This document shows positions 47,767 through 57,518 of a DNA stretch of 64,000 bases, one piece after another; position 1 is the first letter of the stretch; every line of letters starts with the position of its first letter. Below the pieces are notes generated by a model, which saw only the letters and a program-made list of their open reading frames with translations, ran no database searches and was not told the origin of the DNA. Made by a program: the position numbers and the translations under genes. The DNA is from Phycisphaerae bacterium. GTDB taxonomy: Bacteria; Planctomycetota; Phycisphaerae; UBA1845; Fen-1342. The stretch covers positions 192,001 through 256,000 of the forward strand of contig CAXXWX010000003.1 in the NCBI GenBank assembly GCA_963675745.2, in the 5' to 3' direction.

Positions 47767-48917
47767 ACCAACCGACTGTGTACCTGGACAACAACGCGAC
47801 CACGCGCGTGGACGAAGCGGCCGTCGAGGCCATGCTGCCGCTGTTTTGCGAGCAATTCGGCAATCCCGCCAGCACGCATCGAGCGGGGGCGGCCGTCGGC
47901 GCGCTGGTGGATCAGGCTCGCGCGCAGGTCGCCGACTTGCTGGGAGCGCGTCCGGGCGAGATAGTCTTCACCAGTGGCGGGACCGAGGCTGACAATGCAG
48001 CGTTGTTTGGAACGCTGGCCGCGCGCCCCACGAAGCGACACGTGATCATTTCGAGCGTCGAGCATCCGGCCATCAATGAGCCGGCTGATCGTCTCGAGCG
48101 CGAGGGGTATGAGATCACGCGCCTGGACGTGGACAGTGATGGACACATTGATCTGGCGACCTTCGAGGCGGCGCTGCGCGACGATACCGCGCTCGTTTCC
48201 GTCATGCTGGTGAATAACGAGACCGGGGTGGTGTTCCCGCTCGCGGATATCTCACGGATCGCCAAGGCGCGCGGCGTGCTCGTGCACACCGACGCGGTCA
48301 ACGCAATTGGCAAGCACGTTGTCAACGTTGACGAGTTGGGCGTCGATTTGCTCTCGCTGAGCGCGCACAAGCTGCACGGCCCCAAGGGCGTCGGCGCGCT
48401 GTATGTGCGCCGCGGAACGCCGTTCGTACCGGTGATGCTCGGCGGTAAACAGGAGCGCAGCCGGCGCGGCGGCACCACCAACAGTCCCGGCATCGTCGGG
48501 TTGGGAGTTGCCTGTGAGCACGCCGCCAGCCGCGACGCCGGCCGATTGGATCGCATCAGACAACTGCGCGACCGACTCGAATCGCGGATCGCCGAGCGTT
48601 TCACCAACGCCCGCGTAATCGGCGCCGCGGCCGACCGCGTGGTCAATACAAGCTGCATCTGCTTCGCCGGCATGGCGGCCGAACCGATCGTGTTGCTGCT
48701 GAGCGAGGCGGGTATTTGCGTGTCGAGCGGTGCGGCGTGCGCCAGCGGGTCATTGGAGCCTTCACCAGTTCTGCGCGCCATGCGCATTGACCCGGAGATT
48801 GCGCAGGGGCAGATTCGCTTCTCGCTGGGCAAGCACAACACCGCTGAGGAGATCGACCGCACGCTCGACGCTTTGTCGGTCGTCATCAAAAAGGCCGCCG
48901 CCTCGAACCTGTGCTGA
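47763..48917 (+). CDS. iscS: Cysteine desulfurase (IscS/NifS family)
   Basis: YLDNNATT, FTSGGTE, SAHKLHGPKG (PLP lysine), SSGAACASG (catalytic Cys). Confidence 0.92.
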   Translation: MNQPTVYLDNNATTRVDEAAVEAMLPLFCEQFGNPASTHRAGAAVGALVDQARAQVADLLGARPGEIVFTSGGTEADNAALFGTLAARPTKRHVIISSVEHPAINEPADRLEREGYEITRLDVDSDGHIDLATFEAALRDDTALVSVMLVNNETGVVFPLADISRIAKARGVLVHTDAVNAIGKHVVNVDELGVDLLSLSAHKLHGPKGVGALYVRRGTPFVPVMLGGKQERSRRGGTTNSPGIVGLGVACEHAASRDAGRLDRIRQLRDRLESRIAERFTNARVIGAAADRVVNTSCICFAGMAAEPIVLLLSEAGICVSSGAACASGSLEPSPVLRAMRIDPEIAQGQIRFSLGKHNTAEEIDRTLDALSVVIKKAAASNLC

Positions 48918-49736
48918 AAAACGTGGGCGAACGACGATTCTATTGCTCAGAGATTTCCGTCGACCGCATCACGCTGGATGCGGAGCAGTCTCGGCACGCG
49001 CTGAACAGCCTGCGTCTGAAAAGTGGGGATGCCGTCGTGGTTTTTGACGGACGCGGCCATGTCGCGCGTGGGCGGCTCGGCGGGCTATCAGATGATCCAT
49101 CCCGCCGCTCCGCCGCCAAAGGTCGATTGGCGCAGGTTGATATCGAGGCGGTCGAGCATACACCGGCGGCGGCACTGTCATTGACCGTGCTGGTGGCCGG
49201 CTGCAAGGGGCCCCGGCTTGCCTGGATGGTGGAGAAGTGTACCGAATTGGGCGTTGCGCACATCGCGCTGGCGGAGTTCGTCCGCTCGACCGTCCGTGTC
49301 AGCAGCTCCCACGCCCGCAAACTGCGGCGAACCGCCGTCGAAGCTTCGAAGCAGTGCGGGCGCGTGTGGCTGCCGACCATCGAGGTGGGTATCCAGGTCG
49401 GCGACGATTGGCGAGCGCGTGGGCAACGCGGCGCTCGCCGTCGCACATCCGTGCGCCGAAGCGCAGCCTTTCGCAACCTGGCTGGATACTCGATTGCGGA
49501 ACGCTATGTACCAGAGCCGACACGCGGCGGATTTGGGTGGCAATACCCCCGACTCATACGCAGTGGTAATCGGGCCCGAGGGCGGATTGACCCCCGATGA
49601 AGTCTCGGCCCTGACTTCCCTGGGGGCCACGCCGGTGCGCCTGGCGATGGATACTCTGCGCGTGGAGACGGCCGCGGTCAGCGCGGCGGCGGTGTGGGCC
49701 GCGCAAGCTGCGATACAGCAGGCTCACCCCGAGTGA
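48911..49736 (+). pseudogene. rsmE: 16S rRNA m3U1498 methyltransferase, frameshifted near 49390-49420 (real lesion or sequence error)
   Basis: Frame A: LRLKSGD, EKCTELGV, EASKQCGR; frame B: IGPEGGLTPDE, LRVETAA. Confidence 0.8.
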
Positions 49737-50479
49737 CCGAGGAACTCGCGCACACCCGCCCGCGATTCTTCCGTGAGGCGCATCGTGGCGCTCAGGTGGC
49801 GCGCCGTTTCAACACCCGCCCCGTGGTCCATCTGCCGAATTTCATTAAACAGGCGTTTGGTCTCGCGGACTGCGCTGGGTGGGTAGGCGGCGATGAGATC
49901 GGCGTAGTAGCGCGCTCGATCCAGCAGCGCTGTATCGGGCGCAATCTCACTGGCCAGACCGCACTGCACGGCGCGTTCGGACATGATCTTCTCGCCGGTG
50001 AGCAGCAGGTGTTTCGCGTGCCGATCACCAACCAGCCGACGCAGGTAAACCATCACGATCGCCGCCACCAGGCCCCGCTTGATCTCAGGGTAACTCGCAA
50101 ACGCCGAGCTGCCGAGAATGACAATGTCACAGACAGTGATCAGTCCGGCGCCACCGGCCACCGCCGGCCCATTCACCGCCGCAATCACGGGCTTGCCGAG
50201 ATTGTCGATGGTCTCATACAACGTGAGCAGCGCCGAGGCATCGTGCGTGGCCTGCTCCGATGCGACCTCGGCGATCTCGTTGAGGTCAAGACCGGCACAA
50301 AACGCCGGCGGCGCCCCCGTGATAATCACGCACCGCACTTCCGGTTCCATGTCCGCCTGACGCAGGCGATCGGTTAGCTCGGCGATCAGCGCGCGCGACA
50401 GCGCGTTGCGACGTTCCGGGCGATTCAGCGTGAGCTCGATTGTCGCACCACGGCGGGCGATCTTGAGAGGGGTGTTCAT
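49724..50479 (-). CDS. Enoyl-CoA hydratase/crotonase (methylglutaconyl-CoA hydratase-like)
   Basis: LNRPERRNAL, FCAGLDL, AVNGPAVAGGAGL, PEIKRG; GGAGG RBS. Confidence 0.88.
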   Translation of the reverse strand: MNTPLKIARRGATIELTLNRPERRNALSRALIAELTDRLRQADMEPEVRCVIITGAPPAFCAGLDLNEIAEVASEQATHDASALLTLYETIDNLGKPVIAAVNGPAVAGGAGLITVCDIVILGSSAFASYPEIKRGLVAAIVMVYLRRLVGDRHAKHLLLTGEKIMSERAVQCGLASEIAPDTALLDRARYYADLIAAYPPSAVRETKRLFNEIRQMDHGAGVETARHLSATMRLTEESRAGVREFLGHSG

Positions 50480-50919
50480 GATGCACCTCCGTTGCGCGCC
50501 GGACTGCCCTGCTCTCCGCAAGTAGCGGGCAGCGCCTTGTGACCGTAGAGCACCTCTCCGTTGGGGCGTTCAGCTCCCAAGCGGCGAAACACGAGGCGAA
50601 CCAGAAGACCAGCGCACAGGTTCGACGGCTGGCAGTCAGTGATCTCGCACACCAACCGGGCGCCGCAATCGGTTGCCACTATGCCGACGGCCCGTGGCGC
50701 CGTATCGGCCTCGCGGCCGCGGCACTGTTGGATCGTATATGCCAGCAACCTCCCAGTCAGCGCCAGGCGGTGGAGTTCTGTCCGGCGCCGGCCGCAGTAA
50801 CGGCAGATGCCGAACGGCGGGTACATGATGCGGCCACAGTCGGTGCAGCGCGTCGCCTCCAGTCGATAGCGCTGTGGTATTTGCCGCCGCTGGCGATCAC
50901 CGGTCATGGCTGGTTCCAC
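50476..50919 (-). CDS. Zn-ribbon/OB-fold protein (DUF35 family)
   Basis: CTDCG..YPP...CRYCG, LVFRRL, YGHKA. Confidence 0.85.
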   Translation of the reverse strand: MEPAMTGDRQRRQIPQRYRLEATRCTDCGRIMYPPFGICRYCGRRRTELHRLALTGRLLAYTIQQCRGREADTAPRAVGIVATDCGARLVCEITDCQPSNLCAGLLVRLVFRRLGAERPNGEVLYGHKALPATCGEQGSPARNGGAS

Positions 50920-52073
50920 TCCGCGCTGAGAATCGTCACCACGGCGCTGGCGCCGGTGCCGCCGATGCAGTGGGCCAGCGCGTTTCGCGCATGAGACACC
51001 TGTATGGGCCCGGCCTGCTGCCGGAGCTGTTGCCCGAGTAACACAATCTGGGCCACGCCGCTGGCCGCCAGCGGGTGCCCGCGTGCCAGCAACCCCCCGG
51101 AAGGATTGATCGGCCGCGAGCCTTCGATCGCGGTCAGGCCGTCGGCCGCCGCCGGCCCGCCCTGGCCTGGTGCGAAGAAACCCAGTGCCTCAGTGGCGCG
51201 GACCTCCGCGATCGTGTACACATCGTGAACCTCGGCCACGTCGATATCGCCGGCAGTCAATCCCGCGGCATCATAGGCACGCCGGGCGGCGCTGCGTGTC
51301 GCGCGGCACACGGACCAGTCGTCACGCTCGTGGAATGCAAGCCGCTCGCAGGCCACACCGATTCCCGCCAGCCGCACCCACGGCGCGGCGCGCAACTTCC
51401 GCGCGCGCTCCAGCGTGGTAACCAGCACCGCGGCCGCCCCATCGCAAACTGTCGCCGCATCAAGCGTGTGCAGCGGATCGGCCAGCATGGGCGAGTCCAG
51501 CACTTCATGGCGTGTGACGCGCCGTCGATTAAACGCGTATTCGTCGTGGATGGCATTCGTGTGGTTCTTCTCGGCGATCGCCGCAAGTTGTGCCGGTGTG
51601 GTGCCGTGGCGTTCCATATGCTCGCGCGCCATCATCGCAAAGACAGCGGCGTGCGACGCCCCGCGCTCGACCTCGTACTCCTGGTCCAGCGTCGCCGACA
51701 ACGGATCGCTCAGCGATTCGTCATCCACGTCGGTCACCTTCTCCACGCCGATCGCCAGGGCGGCCTCCACTTGTCCGCTGGCGACATCCAGCCACGCCGC
51801 GCGCACAGCCAGCGCACCAGACGCATCAGCCGATTCGACGCGCCCCGAGGGAATCGATCCGAGCCCCATGTGGGATGCGATCAGCGGTCCCAGGTGCTCT
51901 TGCCCGGTGAGCAATCCGGATTGGGCGCAGCCCACCCAGAGCGTGTCAACCGCCGCCAGGCCGGCATCGTCCAGGGCGGCCACCGCAGCGGCGGAGGCCA
52001 GCTCGCGCAGCGACATGCAGACCTGCCACCCGAACGGAACAATGCCGATCCCAGCTATCGCGGCCTCACGCAT
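50904..52073 (-). CDS. Thiolase-fold protein (archaeal/SCP2 type) with the nucleophile Cys replaced
   Basis: RVESADASG, GVEKVTD, DGAAAV, AEVHD, NPSGGLLARGHP. Confidence 0.85.
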   Translation of the reverse strand: MREAAIAGIGIVPFGWQVCMSLRELASAAAVAALDDAGLAAVDTLWVGCAQSGLLTGQEHLGPLIASHMGLGSIPSGRVESADASGALAVRAAWLDVASGQVEAALAIGVEKVTDVDDESLSDPLSATLDQEYEVERGASHAAVFAMMAREHMERHGTTPAQLAAIAEKNHTNAIHDEYAFNRRRVTRHEVLDSPMLADPLHTLDAATVCDGAAAVLVTTLERARKLRAAPWVRLAGIGVACERLAFHERDDWSVCRATRSAARRAYDAAGLTAGDIDVAEVHDVYTIAEVRATEALGFFAPGQGGPAAADGLTAIEGSRPINPSGGLLARGHPLAASGVAQIVLLGQQLRQQAGPIQVSHARNALAHCIGGTGASAVVTILSAEWNQP

Positions 52074-52083
52074 TGTGGCCTCG

Positions 52084-53088
52084 CTACGAAGTCCGCGCCG
52101 ATTGCGCCGCTTGATCGGAGCGGCCTGACCTGTCGCCGGTCAGAGCGGCGCGTTTGCTCGCCATCGCCGCGCGCAGTGATTCGATGCGCGGCCGTATTGT
52201 CACTGCACGCGCCTGCGCTGCGGTGATCTGTTCAGTCGTGGTGATCACCAGGGCATCAGCCCCACTGCGCGCATCTGAGGCGCAGATCAACAAGCGTCCC
52301 GCGGGCTTGGCCACGTCGAGCAGCGCGGCCAGGCTCACTAATGGGAACGCCGGGTTGGATGGCTCCATGAGGGGATCGAGAAACCGGGCGGCAAGCTGCG
52401 TTCCACCAAACCCCAGCGTCGGCCCCGCCTCCAGTAGAGGCTCGACGTCAACCGGGGTGAACGCGGCGTGTGCGAAATCCGCCGGACTGAAACGCCGGCG
52501 TGTCATGATGTCGCGGCCAAGCCGCAGCATGGCGTCCAGGCGCGCATCAACGCGGGCGGACGCCTCTTCCTGCGATGCGCCCAACGTGTGCGTCGCGTCG
52601 GGCGCCGCCGATGCGTCGCGGAGATATTCCTGATCGTTGACGCGCGCAATCATCCGATCCTCGGCACGCGTGATGACAAACGCCGCGGCACCGCACAATC
52701 GTCCCTCGGGGCCTGTGTGCCGGCGATCCGGCGCGTCGGCGACAACCATCAGCCCCAGATTAACCGCGCTGGGCTTGACGATGTTACATACGGCGAAGAA
52801 CACCTCCACACCGCTGCGCGAATCGGCCTGCACATCCGCGCAATGACAACGCGCCGAGACACCCAGCACGTCTGCCAGCGCCGGAGCGACGATGTGCGGG
52901 CCACGCCGCCCGGGCGCTGCGCCAACGTAGAGCGCTCCGATGCCATCGGCCGCCTCAATCTCAGCATGGGCCAGCGCATGACGCGCCGCCTCCACCGCCA
53001 TGGTCAGTTGATCCTGGTCATCCGCCGGTGATCCATCATCCGGCGTGCCGCGGCAGACGTGACAGCCGTAACCGAGTATTCCAATCAT
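52084..53088 (-). CDS. Degenerate HMG-CoA synthase/PhlA-like protein
   Basis: MIGILGYG, DQDQLTMAVEAARHAL, IGALYVG, LAALLDVAKP; catalytic motifs lost. Confidence 0.7.
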   Translation of the reverse strand: MIGILGYGCHVCRGTPDDGSPADDQDQLTMAVEAARHALAHAEIEAADGIGALYVGAAPGRRGPHIVAPALADVLGVSARCHCADVQADSRSGVEVFFAVCNIVKPSAVNLGLMVVADAPDRRHTGPEGRLCGAAAFVITRAEDRMIARVNDQEYLRDASAAPDATHTLGASQEEASARVDARLDAMLRLGRDIMTRRRFSPADFAHAAFTPVDVEPLLEAGPTLGFGGTQLAARFLDPLMEPSNPAFPLVSLAALLDVAKPAGRLLICASDARSGADALVITTTEQITAAQARAVTIRPRIESLRAAMASKRAALTGDRSGRSDQAAQSARTS

Positions 53089-53211
53089 CCTCACCCCACA
53101 GTGGAGCGGCGTCCGACCGCACGCCGCGCCCAATTCCCATCCTGGTGGTGGTAGCTTTCGCCAAACATGAAGGAATGTCAACCACCAGTCCGTGGCGCCC
53201 GATGTTACGAC

Positions 53212-54456
53212 TCAGCGTGCAAGCAACGCGCGCGCGGCGGATAGCGCTTCGGCGCGCGTCGTGACCTCCTCGTCCAATTGTCGCGTGTAGATATCATCCA
53301 ACACGCGTTTGAAAACCGGTCCAGGCGCAACGCCGATGGCCAACAGATCGCTGCCGGTGACCAGCGGCGGCGGCGCGATGCGCTCCGCGGGAATGGAATC
53401 GATACGCCGACTCAGGATTCGGCTTCGCTCGGCCCCATCGCACATGTCCGCATAGCGCGCTCTCGCCCAGGCGCGCAACGCGCCGAACGACGCCACTGAT
53501 AGCAAACGCTTGAGCGCCGCCAGCGAGATGTCCGCCGGCGCATCAAGCGTGCTCTGGTTCTCAACCAGCCAGGTGACGGCCACGCGCCGAGCATTGGAGC
53601 AGGCGAGCCGCCGGCAAATATCGTCAACTTCACGCGGCGGCCGATCGCCCAGCAGTACCGCCCAGGACAGCTCGAAGCCCGCGTTTTCAGGTAGCCGGGC
53701 GATCAACGTCAACGCACGCGCCAGCGCCTCATCAACCCACGTCGCGCCGGGCCAGAGATGTTCGAGCAACCCCGTATCCCGCAGCAGCCCGATCGCGGCG
53801 CAGCGATGCGGATGGCGGAGCATGCGGTCGAGCTCGTCGTGGATGCGCTCGGGCGCAACCTTGCTCAGACTACTGCGCGCGTCGTACATCGCCGTGCGGG
53901 TCTCCGGTTCGATCTCGAAGTCAAGCCGAGCCGAGAAACGCACCGCGCGCAGCAACCGCAGATAGTCCTCACCAAAACGCTTCGCCGGCTGTCCGATCGC
54001 GCGGATGCAGCCCGCCTGCAAATCGCGGCGCCCCCCCACATAGTCAATCACGCGCTGTTCGAGTGGGTCGAGAAACATCCCGTTAATCGTGAAGTCGCGG
54101 CGCTGCGCGTCTTGCTCGGCATCGCAATACGTCACGCTTGCCGGCCGGCGACCGTCGTGGTACTCGCCATCCGAGCGAAACGTGGCTACCTCGACCCAGC
54201 GGCCGCGCCGGCGCACCAGCACCACGCCGAACTGAGCGCCCACCCGGCGGGTGGCGCGGAACAATTCGCACACACGCTCGGGCCGCGCGTCGGTTGCCAC
54301 GTCGAAATCGTGCGGGGTCTCGTTGCGCAGCAGATCACGAACGCACCCGCCGGCGAGCAGGGCCACATGCCCCGCGGCGTGCAACGCGCGCACAATCTCC
54401 ATCGCCGGCTCAGCATCCGCCGGCAGCGTCTTGTTGATTGTGGCAAAATCACCCAT
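53212..54456 (-). CDS. cca: CCA tRNA nucleotidyltransferase / poly(A) polymerase family
   Basis: GGCVRDLL...DFDVAT, EVATFR, RRDFTIN, EDYLRLLRAVRF. Confidence 0.9.
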   Translation of the reverse strand: MGDFATINKTLPADAEPAMEIVRALHAAGHVALLAGGCVRDLLRNETPHDFDVATDARPERVCELFRATRRVGAQFGVVLVRRRGRWVEVATFRSDGEYHDGRRPASVTYCDAEQDAQRRDFTINGMFLDPLEQRVIDYVGGRRDLQAGCIRAIGQPAKRFGEDYLRLLRAVRFSARLDFEIEPETRTAMYDARSSLSKVAPERIHDELDRMLRHPHRCAAIGLLRDTGLLEHLWPGATWVDEALARALTLIARLPENAGFELSWAVLLGDRPPREVDDICRRLACSNARRVAVTWLVENQSTLDAPADISLAALKRLLSVASFGALRAWARARYADMCDGAERSRILSRRIDSIPAERIAPPPLVTGSDLLAIGVAPGPVFKRVLDDIYTRQLDEEVTTRAEALSAARALLAR

Positions 54457-54655
54457 ACACTAAATCGTACCGTGAACGGGCGAATGCGTCGTTAGCGACG
54501 CCGACGACGCCCACGCGCGAGGTGGACCGACCATCCCCGCGCAGAGCCTCGCAACTCGCCGTGCCCCCAGAGTTTGCGACGAGCCGTGCAGTGCCGCGTC
54601 AGACCGACACTCGGCCATAGCGTTGGCACACAGCCCACCTTTTTCGCCGCCTGGC

Positions 54656-54690
54656 TTGACCTTACCATTAATAGTAATAATATCTTATAT
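54656..54690 (+). promoter_or_regulatory. Promoter with AT-rich Fur/PerR-box-like site
   Basis: TTGACC at 54656 followed by TTAATAGTAATAATATCTTATAT, conspicuous in a GC-rich background, directly upstream of a Fur-family gene. Confidence 0.6.
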
Positions 54691-54707
54691 CGTTAAGGAA
54701 TCTGCGT

Positions 54708-55130
54708 ATGAATGCCAGCGTGCGACGACGAAATACGCGACAGCGCCAGGTGGTGCTCGAAGAGCTGAAGAAGACCACCTCGCACCCAACCGCGGCGGAG
54801 TTGTACGAGCTAACGCGACGTCGTCTGCCCAGAATCAGCCTGGGCACGGTCTACCGTAACCTGGAGTTGCTCACCCAGACCGGGCACGTGCGTAAGCTGG
54901 TGGCGGGTGGTTCGGAGACGCGCTTCGATGCCGACGTCACCGACCATTATCACGTCCGCTGCCAGCGCTGTGGACGCGTCGACGACGCACATGACTTACG
55001 TGTGGAACCGCTCACACGCGGCGTCGCGGACGTGAGCGGTTATGAGATTCTCGGATACCACCTGGAGTTTTTCGGCATCTGCCCGGAGTGCCGAGCGCAA
55101 CAAACAGGACCCGATACCTGTCAGGCTTGA
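54708..55130 (+). CDS. Fur family transcriptional regulator (PerR-like by context)
   Basis: TRQRQVV, HPTAAELY, SLGTVYRNL, HYHVRCQRCG, GICPEC. Confidence 0.93.
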   Translation: MNASVRRRNTRQRQVVLEELKKTTSHPTAAELYELTRRRLPRISLGTVYRNLELLTQTGHVRKLVAGGSETRFDADVTDHYHVRCQRCGRVDDAHDLRVEPLTRGVADVSGYEILGYHLEFFGICPECRAQQTGPDTCQA

Positions 55131-55210
55131 TCCAGAATTACCTGGAGCGGCTCGGAGCCGCAGGCAAGCCGGTGACACAATTGACATCTGATCATGCGAC
55201 GGGGATAAAT

Positions 55211-55726
55211 GTGCTGAACCACGAAATGCAGGAAGCGTTAAACCGCCAGATCAACGCCGAGCTGTTCTCTTCGTACCTGTATCTATCCATGTCGGCCTGG
55301 CTGGACGCGCAAGGGCTCAAGGGTATGGCCCACTGGATGCGCACCCAGGCCCAGGAAGAAACGTTGCACGCACTCAAGTTCATCGACTTCGTCAGCGAGC
55401 GTGATGGACGCGTATTGCTGACGAGCATCGACGCGCCCCAGACCGAGTGGAAGTCACCGTTGGCCGTTTTCGAGCATACCTGCGAACACGAGGCGCACGT
55501 CACGGCGTTGATCGGGCAGCTTGTTGACCAGGCCGTTCACACCAAGGACCACGCCGCCAACGGGTTTTTGCAGTGGTTCGTGACGGAGCAGGTTGAGGAG
55601 GAAGCCACGGTCCGCGACATCAGGGACAAGCTGAAAATGATCGGCGACACCGGGGCCATGTTGTACATGATTGACCAGGAGCTCGGCCAGCGCACACTGC
55701 CGGTGGCCGACCAATCCGGCGCGTAA
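55211..55726 (+). CDS. ftn: Non-heme ferritin
   Basis: LNRQINAELFSSYLYLSM, QAQEETLHA, FLQWFVTEQVEEE. Confidence 0.93.
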   Translation: MLNHEMQEALNRQINAELFSSYLYLSMSAWLDAQGLKGMAHWMRTQAQEETLHALKFIDFVSERDGRVLLTSIDAPQTEWKSPLAVFEHTCEHEAHVTALIGQLVDQAVHTKDHAANGFLQWFVTEQVEEEATVRDIRDKLKMIGDTGAMLYMIDQELGQRTLPVADQSGA

Positions 55727-55781
55727 CAGATACATGCGCCTCCGGCGCATGATGCACATAAGGCAACAGAAAGGGTGGAAC

Positions 55782-56114
55782 ATGAAAAAGTGGAAATGTG
55801 TGTGCGGTTACATTCACGATGGCGACGAGGCACCGGCGCATTGCCCCAAGTGCGGCGCCACAGCGGACAAGTTCGTGCTGCTTGACGACAGCGCGGCCAA
55901 CCTCGTCGAAAGATCCCGACGCACGAATGCCTTGCACTGCCGGCTGGTCAATCTGGCTCGCAAGATGGAGGCGGCGTGCAAGGACGGCATCGAAGACAAC
56001 CTCGACCCGAACTGCGTCAAGGTTTTTCAGCAGACGCTCGGGCACAGCTACGAAATAATGAAGCTGGCCATGACCGAGATGCAAGGGCACATGGCCAAAG
56101 GTAAGTGGGGATAG
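55782..56114 (+). CDS. Rubredoxin-like domain protein with helical C-terminal domain
   Basis: WKCVCGYIHDGDEAPAHCPKCGA; C-terminal HMAKGKWG. Confidence 0.85.
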   Translation: MKKWKCVCGYIHDGDEAPAHCPKCGATADKFVLLDDSAANLVERSRRTNALHCRLVNLARKMEAACKDGIEDNLDPNCVKVFQQTLGHSYEIMKLAMTEMQGHMAKGKWG

Positions 56115-56174
56115 ACCGTTGTCGGTCCACCTCGCGCGTACGCAACTAACTCACAGCAGGGAGATCACCAACTC

Positions 56175-56765
56175 ATGAGCACTCTGGTTACCAACCCGGC
56201 CCCCGATTTCGCGGCCCAGGCCGTCATGCCGGACAATACTTTCGCCGAACTGAAGCTGTCATCGTATCGCGGCAAGTACGTGGTCCTGTTTTTCTACCCG
56301 CTTGATTTCACATTTGTCTGCCCGTCCGAGATTATCGCGTTCGGCCAAAAGCTCGACGCGTTCAAGGAGCGGAACTGCGAGGTCATCGGCGTCTCCGTCG
56401 ACTCGCACTTCTCGCACTGGGCCTGGAAAAACACCCCGGTCGAGAAGGGTGGCATCGGCAACGTGCAGTTCCCGATCGTCGCCGACATCAAGAAGCAGAT
56501 ATCGCGCGACTACGGCGTGCTGTTCGACGACTCGGTCGCGCTGCGCGGGCTGTTCCTGATCGACAAGGAAGGCGTAGTGCGCCACGCGCTGGTCAACGAC
56601 CTGCCGTTGGGGCGCAACGTTGAAGAGGCGCTCCGCGTGGTCGATGCGCTGCAATTCACCGAGAAACACGGAGAGGTGTGCCCGGCTAACTGGAAGAAGG
56701 GCGAGGACGGCATGAAGCCAACCGCCGACGGCGTCGCCGGCTATCTGGCCAAGCACGCGGGATAA
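56175..56765 (+). CDS. ahpC: 2-Cys peroxiredoxin
   Basis: FYPLDFTFVCPSE and GEVCPANW. Confidence 0.95.
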   Translation: MSTLVTNPAPDFAAQAVMPDNTFAELKLSSYRGKYVVLFFYPLDFTFVCPSEIIAFGQKLDAFKERNCEVIGVSVDSHFSHWAWKNTPVEKGGIGNVQFPIVADIKKQISRDYGVLFDDSVALRGLFLIDKEGVVRHALVNDLPLGRNVEEALRVVDALQFTEKHGEVCPANWKKGEDGMKPTADGVAGYLAKHAG

Positions 56766-56785
56766 CCGCCAACAACCGAGGGGAT

Positions 56786-56818
56786 GGGGCGCAGCGCCCG
56801 GTTCGCCGGGCGCGCCCC
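56786..56818 (+). terminator. GC hairpin with UUCG loop after ahpC (no U-tract)
   Basis: GCGCCCGG-TTCG-CCGGGCGC extended by GGGGC/GCCCC. Confidence 0.45.
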
Positions 56819-56909
56819 GGATACATCACGCCCCCGGGCAGGGCGTCATGTTGTCCATAAGTTGTACGCGGCGGCAGGGCCAGGGTGTGCCGCCACAGAG
56901 GTTCGGGCC

Positions 56910-57506
56910 ATGTTCACGAAGAAGTTTGAGCGCAGGCTGTACATACTCGTCGCCGTGTTTCTGTTTTCGGCGGTGCTGGGCACGTCATTCGGCGCGTATG
57001 TGCTGTGGCCCTCGCGGCGCGAGGCCGGGTATGAGCCGCGCCAGCCGATCGCCTATAGCCACAAACTCCACGCCGGCGAACTAAAGATCGACTGCCTCTA
57101 CTGTCATTCGCAGGCGGACAAGGGGCCACATGCCACGGTTCCTTCATTGACCACCTGCATGAAGTGCCATGAGCAGGTCCAGACCAAGGACGAAGATGGG
57201 AACCTCACTCCCGACATGGCGATCTTGCTTGATCACTGGGAGCAGAACTCGCCCGTCATCTGGAATAAAGTCAATGACCTGGCCGATTTCGCGTATTTCG
57301 ACCACAGCCGCCACGTAAACGTGGGCATCGACTGTCAGGAATGTCACGGGCCGGTTGAGACCATGGAGCATATGCGCCGCGAATACGGATTGAAGATGAG
57401 CTGGTGCCTGGCGTGCCATAAGCAGCAGCCGCGGGAAAGCGATCCCGCGTTCAGCAGGCAGGATCCCACGCGCGGCCCGATCAACTGCACAGCGTGCCAC
57501 CGTTAG
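56910..57506 (+). CDS. actA: Alternative complex III pentaheme cytochrome c
   Basis: N-terminal TM; QPIAYSHKLH; five CxxCH motifs. Confidence 0.9.
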   Translation: MFTKKFERRLYILVAVFLFSAVLGTSFGAYVLWPSRREAGYEPRQPIAYSHKLHAGELKIDCLYCHSQADKGPHATVPSLTTCMKCHEQVQTKDEDGNLTPDMAILLDHWEQNSPVIWNKVNDLADFAYFDHSRHVNVGIDCQECHGPVETMEHMRREYGLKMSWCLACHKQQPRESDPAFSRQDPTRGPINCTACHR

Positions 57507-57518
57507 GCGACGACCACT

